In this document: in pieces, positions 53,406-64,000 of the stretch
Position numbering within the stretch: position 1 is the first letter of the stretch
Layout of the letters: each line of letters begins with the position of its first letter
Assembly: GCF_009914755.1 (NCBI RefSeq)
Contig: NC_060928.1
Source of the DNA: the human T2T-CHM13v2.0 reference genome, Homo sapiens
Direction: 5' to 3' (one strand)
Length of the DNA: 64,000 nt
Notes under the pieces: model-generated
The model's input: the letters and a program-made list of their open reading frames with translations, nothing else
Databases searched by the model: none
What the model was told of the DNA's origin: nothing
Made by a program: the position numbers and the translations under genes

Positions 53406-56010
53406 GTAAGGATTTTGCTTCCTTAAAAGTATTTCTTTGGTGTCAAAAGAAATTTTTCTAATTTTATTTAGCTTTTACTCTAGGCCAAACATCGTAATGA
53501 CTCTGAGCTACCTGCTGTAAGGTGTAGAATCAATTTATAGGGGGACGGGGGTCGGGGGGGTGAGTGTTGCTTTGATATTCACTGCCCCTCACCACAGTCC
53601 TAACAAGATTTTTGAAACATGAAAAGTTACAATAGTTGGCTTTTTGGTTTTCCAGATATTCTAGAGAATGCATATGCTTGTGACTGTGGCTGAGCTCAAC
53701 TGTATGGGTAGTTTAAATACTACCCAAGGTTTGATGAAGTAAATCTAAAGATGCTCTAAGTTGTGCAAATATGAATTTTAAAGTTGTCTAGTTCAGAAAA
53801 GAAACAGAACCGAAGTCTAAATGATGTAGATTTCAATCTGGAATTTCTAGCTTGTGTTTTTCACCTATTGCCAATGTTAATGACCATTTCCCAAAAGTGC
53901 TCTATGATGTATAACATGTATTTTTTAATTAAATTTAATCTTTCTTCTGAGGTGGTTTGATTTGGAGATATGCTACGAGGTACCAGTCAGTAGCCTGAGT
54001 TGTAACTAAACAAAGTTTGGGAAATCACCGGTTTTAGGTGCTTTACTAAATGAAAGTTGCCATTGACGTATTCAAGCAGGCAACAAGTAGTTGGTGTCCC
54101 CTTATTGGTTCTAAGCTGGTGCCGTGGAGGATATAAGAGAAATATTTTAAAAATCTCTACTTTGAAGGACCCTATAATCTGGTAGTTGTGATAAGAAGTA
54201 AAATTTAGGAAGCAATGCAAGATGAGAATTCAGTGATGAGTGGGGCAGCACAGGCTTGAAGAGTTCTGTGAATTCCATGGAGGGGGCCTGGGGGCAAACT
54301 GGAGTTGTCAGGAAGATCTGGGCTTTGGAAGAATGCGAAGTGTCGGTAGAAGGAGAAGGGGCAGGTGATTTCAGACTGGGAGGACCTTGTGGGCAAAGGC
54401 ACAAAGGCGAGACTGACCTGGAGATGATAAGGCCAGTTGAAGAGACACTGGAGAAGAGAAGACAGTTTGTTTTACACATTGCAGGAAATCAGATTAGACA
54501 GTTAGGGTGTGGACACAAAAGCGAGGACCTTGCAGGCACTGGGGAGAAGTGACCCCATTCAATAGTCCTTGGTCTCCTTCTGCCCTGCGGCTGCGCTTCC
54601 TCGGCTCTCACGGCACCAGCAGAATTCCATGTGAGAGGGAGCTTGTCGAGCGTGGCCTCTTCCCACTTGGGGCTGCTTTCTGCATCCCTGTGCCTGGCTG
54701 TGGGCCTCCATTTGCCCTCTACTGTCTTCCCTTAGGACATCATTTATGCAGAGAAAGGTTCGTGTGGCTCGGGGTACCAGTAAGACCTTCACCTCTGGTT
54801 TCTTCATTTTAAGGAGGCCCTTCAATTATCCAGGAATTAAAGTGGCCTTCCTCTTGGGAGAACGAGTTGGTTGATGAATGATAAGCAAGTCTCTATTCCT
54901 CAAAAGCCAGTCCCCAAATTCCATGAAATATGTGCTACTTTCTTTGCATGTCTAAATGAGATGGCACGGGTATGCTTCTGTTCTTTTTCTGGACGTTGTT
55001 TAGAGAGTCAGTAGATCATAATAATTCAGACACTTTTTTTCTGGACCATAAAATATCTGAACCCATATAATAACAAACATACAGCACGGTGAATAAGAAC
55101 CCAACTTTTGAGCCAGATCACTTTGCATGGAATCCCCATTCTATCATTCTATCATTTCTGGGCTGTGGGAACCTCAGACAAGTTACTTAACTTCTTCAAT
55201 GCTCAGATTAAAAAAAAAATTCACAAAATATCTCTAATAACAGTAATAATAACTGAAAATACCTACCTCAGAGGGTTGTCGTAGAGATCAAATGAGATAA
55301 AAATATGTAAAGCATGTAGCCTAGTGCCTGACTGAAAAAAAAATCTCTCAATAGATGCAACTCTTATGATTCTTATTAAGGACTTGGCTATTGCCACAAA
55401 TGAAGGTGTTATGAGCCCTGGCTTAAGAGCAAGAAGCCTGCAAAGCTAACTCTCCTAATCCCAACATTCCTTTCCAGGGAAAGTAGGGTGACAGGTGGAG
55501 GCTGGGAATTAACGTTTTTTGAGCACCAAATATGGACAAGGCACAGGGGTTGGGTGTTTTTCTAGTGAGAATACATATGAAAGAAGGAAAACAAACTTGG
55601 AAACCGCTATTTTAAGCCATTTGGTAACAGTTTCTCTAGCTTATGAGATGAGAGAGGTCCTCTCAGTATCCGCTGCATTACTTGTGGGCCTCCTTGGTTG
55701 ACGTCGCTCTCTGAACGCTTGGGGTGGAATTCTAGAGGTGCTTTTCATTAGAGGCAGAGAGCATGACCTTTCTTCCTTGCCCAGTTTAAATTAAATTATT
55801 TTATCTTACAATGTGTTAATTTTAGTGCTAGCAAGGCACAGCTAAAATTCCATTTCTACTTAGGAGTGGGGATCATTGTGGCAGTGAGTGCTTATTTGGG
55901 TTTGGGATGCTTGGATCTGGGTGAAAGCCAGGATTAAAAAGCATCCTCCTTCCCCATTCCACTCTCTAGGTTATAAATATTTTTTTGGATTAAAAGCCTC
56001 CTTTAAAAAA

Positions 56011-56078
56011 ATGCAAATCCACCTGGCATGTTAATTGTGCAGGGGATTCCTAATTATGTGTGCAGATGACGTGAGTCA
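56011..56078 (+). promoter_or_regulatory. Candidate lymphoid intronic enhancer core
   Basis: ATGCAAAT, CACCTG, GGGGATTCC, CAGATG, TGACGT and TGAGTCA within 68 bp. Confidence 0.6.
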
Positions 56079-58030
56079 AACGGTGATAGTGTTCCTTCTA
56101 GAGTCCCACTGGTGTCCTAAGGGAGGAGACTCTGGAGCTTTGTGTATGAAAAGGGATGGGCACAAGTCAGGATGGGGTGCACAGGTGGAGGCTGGGAGGC
56201 AGCATGACAGTGTGGGGGCTGGGGTGGGCTGTGAGAGCAAGGAGGGTGTCAGAGATGGAAAGGATGACCCCAGGGGGGTGGAAGGGTGCCAGAAACTTAG
56301 GGCTCCTCTGTGAGCTCTTTAGCCATTTGACTCTAGCAACTGCTTGAATGCCCTGAACAACCTTTTGACGACTTGCACAAGAAGTTGTCATACTGTTCCC
56401 CGGATGTGGACAGTTGTTCAGAGACCACGATCATGTGTCTGGTGTCTCACTGTGGAATAGTGGTTTCTAAAGCTGGCTGGACAGCAAAACCACCTGGGGA
56501 GCTTTTAAGAAACTGAAATTCCATGTCTCATACCCCAGCCCTCACGTGAGGTCCAGGAATCTGTGTGATTAAAAAATACAAGCCCCAAAACAACTTGGAA
56601 AGTGGTCGTTTTGCAGGTGGGGATTTAGGAACCAAGAATCCAGAACTCTCCTACCAGGGCCCCAGAAACCGTAAGTTGAATAAGTGCTGAAATGAGGCAA
56701 ATTGATCTACTCTCTATTGTGATTAATATCTTCACACAGCAAGTATTTTCCTTTGTTTTGAGTTCATTCCTTGAGATGAGTTATCGGGAGCGGGGTGACT
56801 GGGTCCAGGATATGAGGATGTTTAGCTCAGTCATACCCGCATTTTAACACGCAAACGTACGGTGCCGCTCATTTAAAAACCAAAGTGTTGTATACATGTA
56901 GAAGCTATATATTATTCCGGGGCAGCCCAAAGAGGGGATGTTGCTTTCAAGCGAAAGCACCAAATCACATTCTTTTCTGGTAAAATAGAATACTAATGAA
57001 TTGCTTTTGGAAGAAATTTCCAGAGCATTACTGAATGTTCAAGTGCTTCTTAGAGCACAAGTTGAACCTTTCTTATCTCTGCACTCAGTTTCTCGTAAAA
57101 CTGAAGTCACAGTGACCTCTTCCCCATTTCGTAGAAAAGAAACCCAAGGAAGAGAGTGGTTAAGAAACAGAAGATACGGTTCTCATCACATTTGCCTGAG
57201 AACTACGTATAGTCATCCATTCAGTGCCTCGTTAAGTAAATAAATGATTGAATCATTTGTATACATGACCTCATGGAAAAAAGCACGGTAAAATGAATGT
57301 TTGAGGGTGGGTAGACAGAATTATTCAACCCGGACAGGTGTTAGATGTTCACTCTATCCCCCCCTTTTTTTTTGCATTAGGTTTTATTCATTATTTGCAT
57401 CATCTATGGACCTAAAAGCATGCTCATTGTCACACAGATGGGAACAGGGTGAATTTTCAATGATTTCAATGAAAAAAAAAAAAAGATGTGCTGTTGCAAA
57501 ATATCAAGGGAGATGTTTACAGTGGTGTTCTAGAACCGGCTTGCTCTCAAGTGCTGATTGTAATATTTTCAGAAATTTTCCAAGCCAGTGACATTATTGA
57601 CTTCTCTTTATCTGTGTGATGGAAATGCTATATAATATTGTGCTATCTGAGCATCTGTTTTCAATTTTGCATTCAGCGATGTCATGATGGTGGCTTGAAA
57701 TTGGCTATGGTAAAAGTACACTGTGAAAATCAGCAAACACAATAAATCAGGCTCCCCACCTTTTTTTTTTCGGGGCGGGGGGCAAGCATGTTGTTAAACG
57801 TTTACTAGCATGCTACTGAGGAACTGTGTAAAATACAAATATGGCAATTTGACGATATGTATCAAGAGCCATTAAAGTGTTCATACACTTTGATCCATTC
57901 ATTCCACCCCTGGAAATTTATTCCGAATAAATAATTCAAAGAAAAGTAATATGCATGAACATATTCACTGTATTATCATTTATAGCAGCAAAATCTGAAA
58001 ATACCCTGAACACTAAGCAATAGGAGTTCT

Positions 58031-64000
<5,970 letters not shown>

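Overview
Hominoid (most likely human, chr4p14) genomic DNA, not prokaryotic. The window holds the last three coding exons of N4BP2 (733-901, 8881-9004, 10293-10338; C-terminal Smr domain) and its ~4 kb 3' UTR (to ~14355). A ~32 kb repeat-rich intergenic region follows. After it come the promoters, non-coding 5' exons and start of the long intron of the haematopoietic GTPase gene RHOH (from ~47 kb; main exon ends at 53405; the CDS lies beyond the window). Repeats include >40 Alus, a full-length antisense SVA in an N4BP2 intron, old L1 remnants, MaLR/ERVL/ERV1 LTRs and Tigger/MER DNA elements. Essentially all ORFs in the supplied track are repeat-derived noise. I found no new protein-coding system. 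The best leads are: (1) a 12-nt SVA 3' transduction that creates a T21-CCCCAG|GTAATG recursive-splice/cryptic-acceptor motif in frame with N4BP2; (2) a compact Ig-enhancer-like Oct/E-box/NF-kB/CRE/AP-1 module in the RHOH intron, a candidate hypermutation-targeting element; (3) a duplicated N4BP2 splice donor; (4) a RHOH uORF downstream of three tandem acceptors. Repeat family names and boundaries are by eye and approximate.
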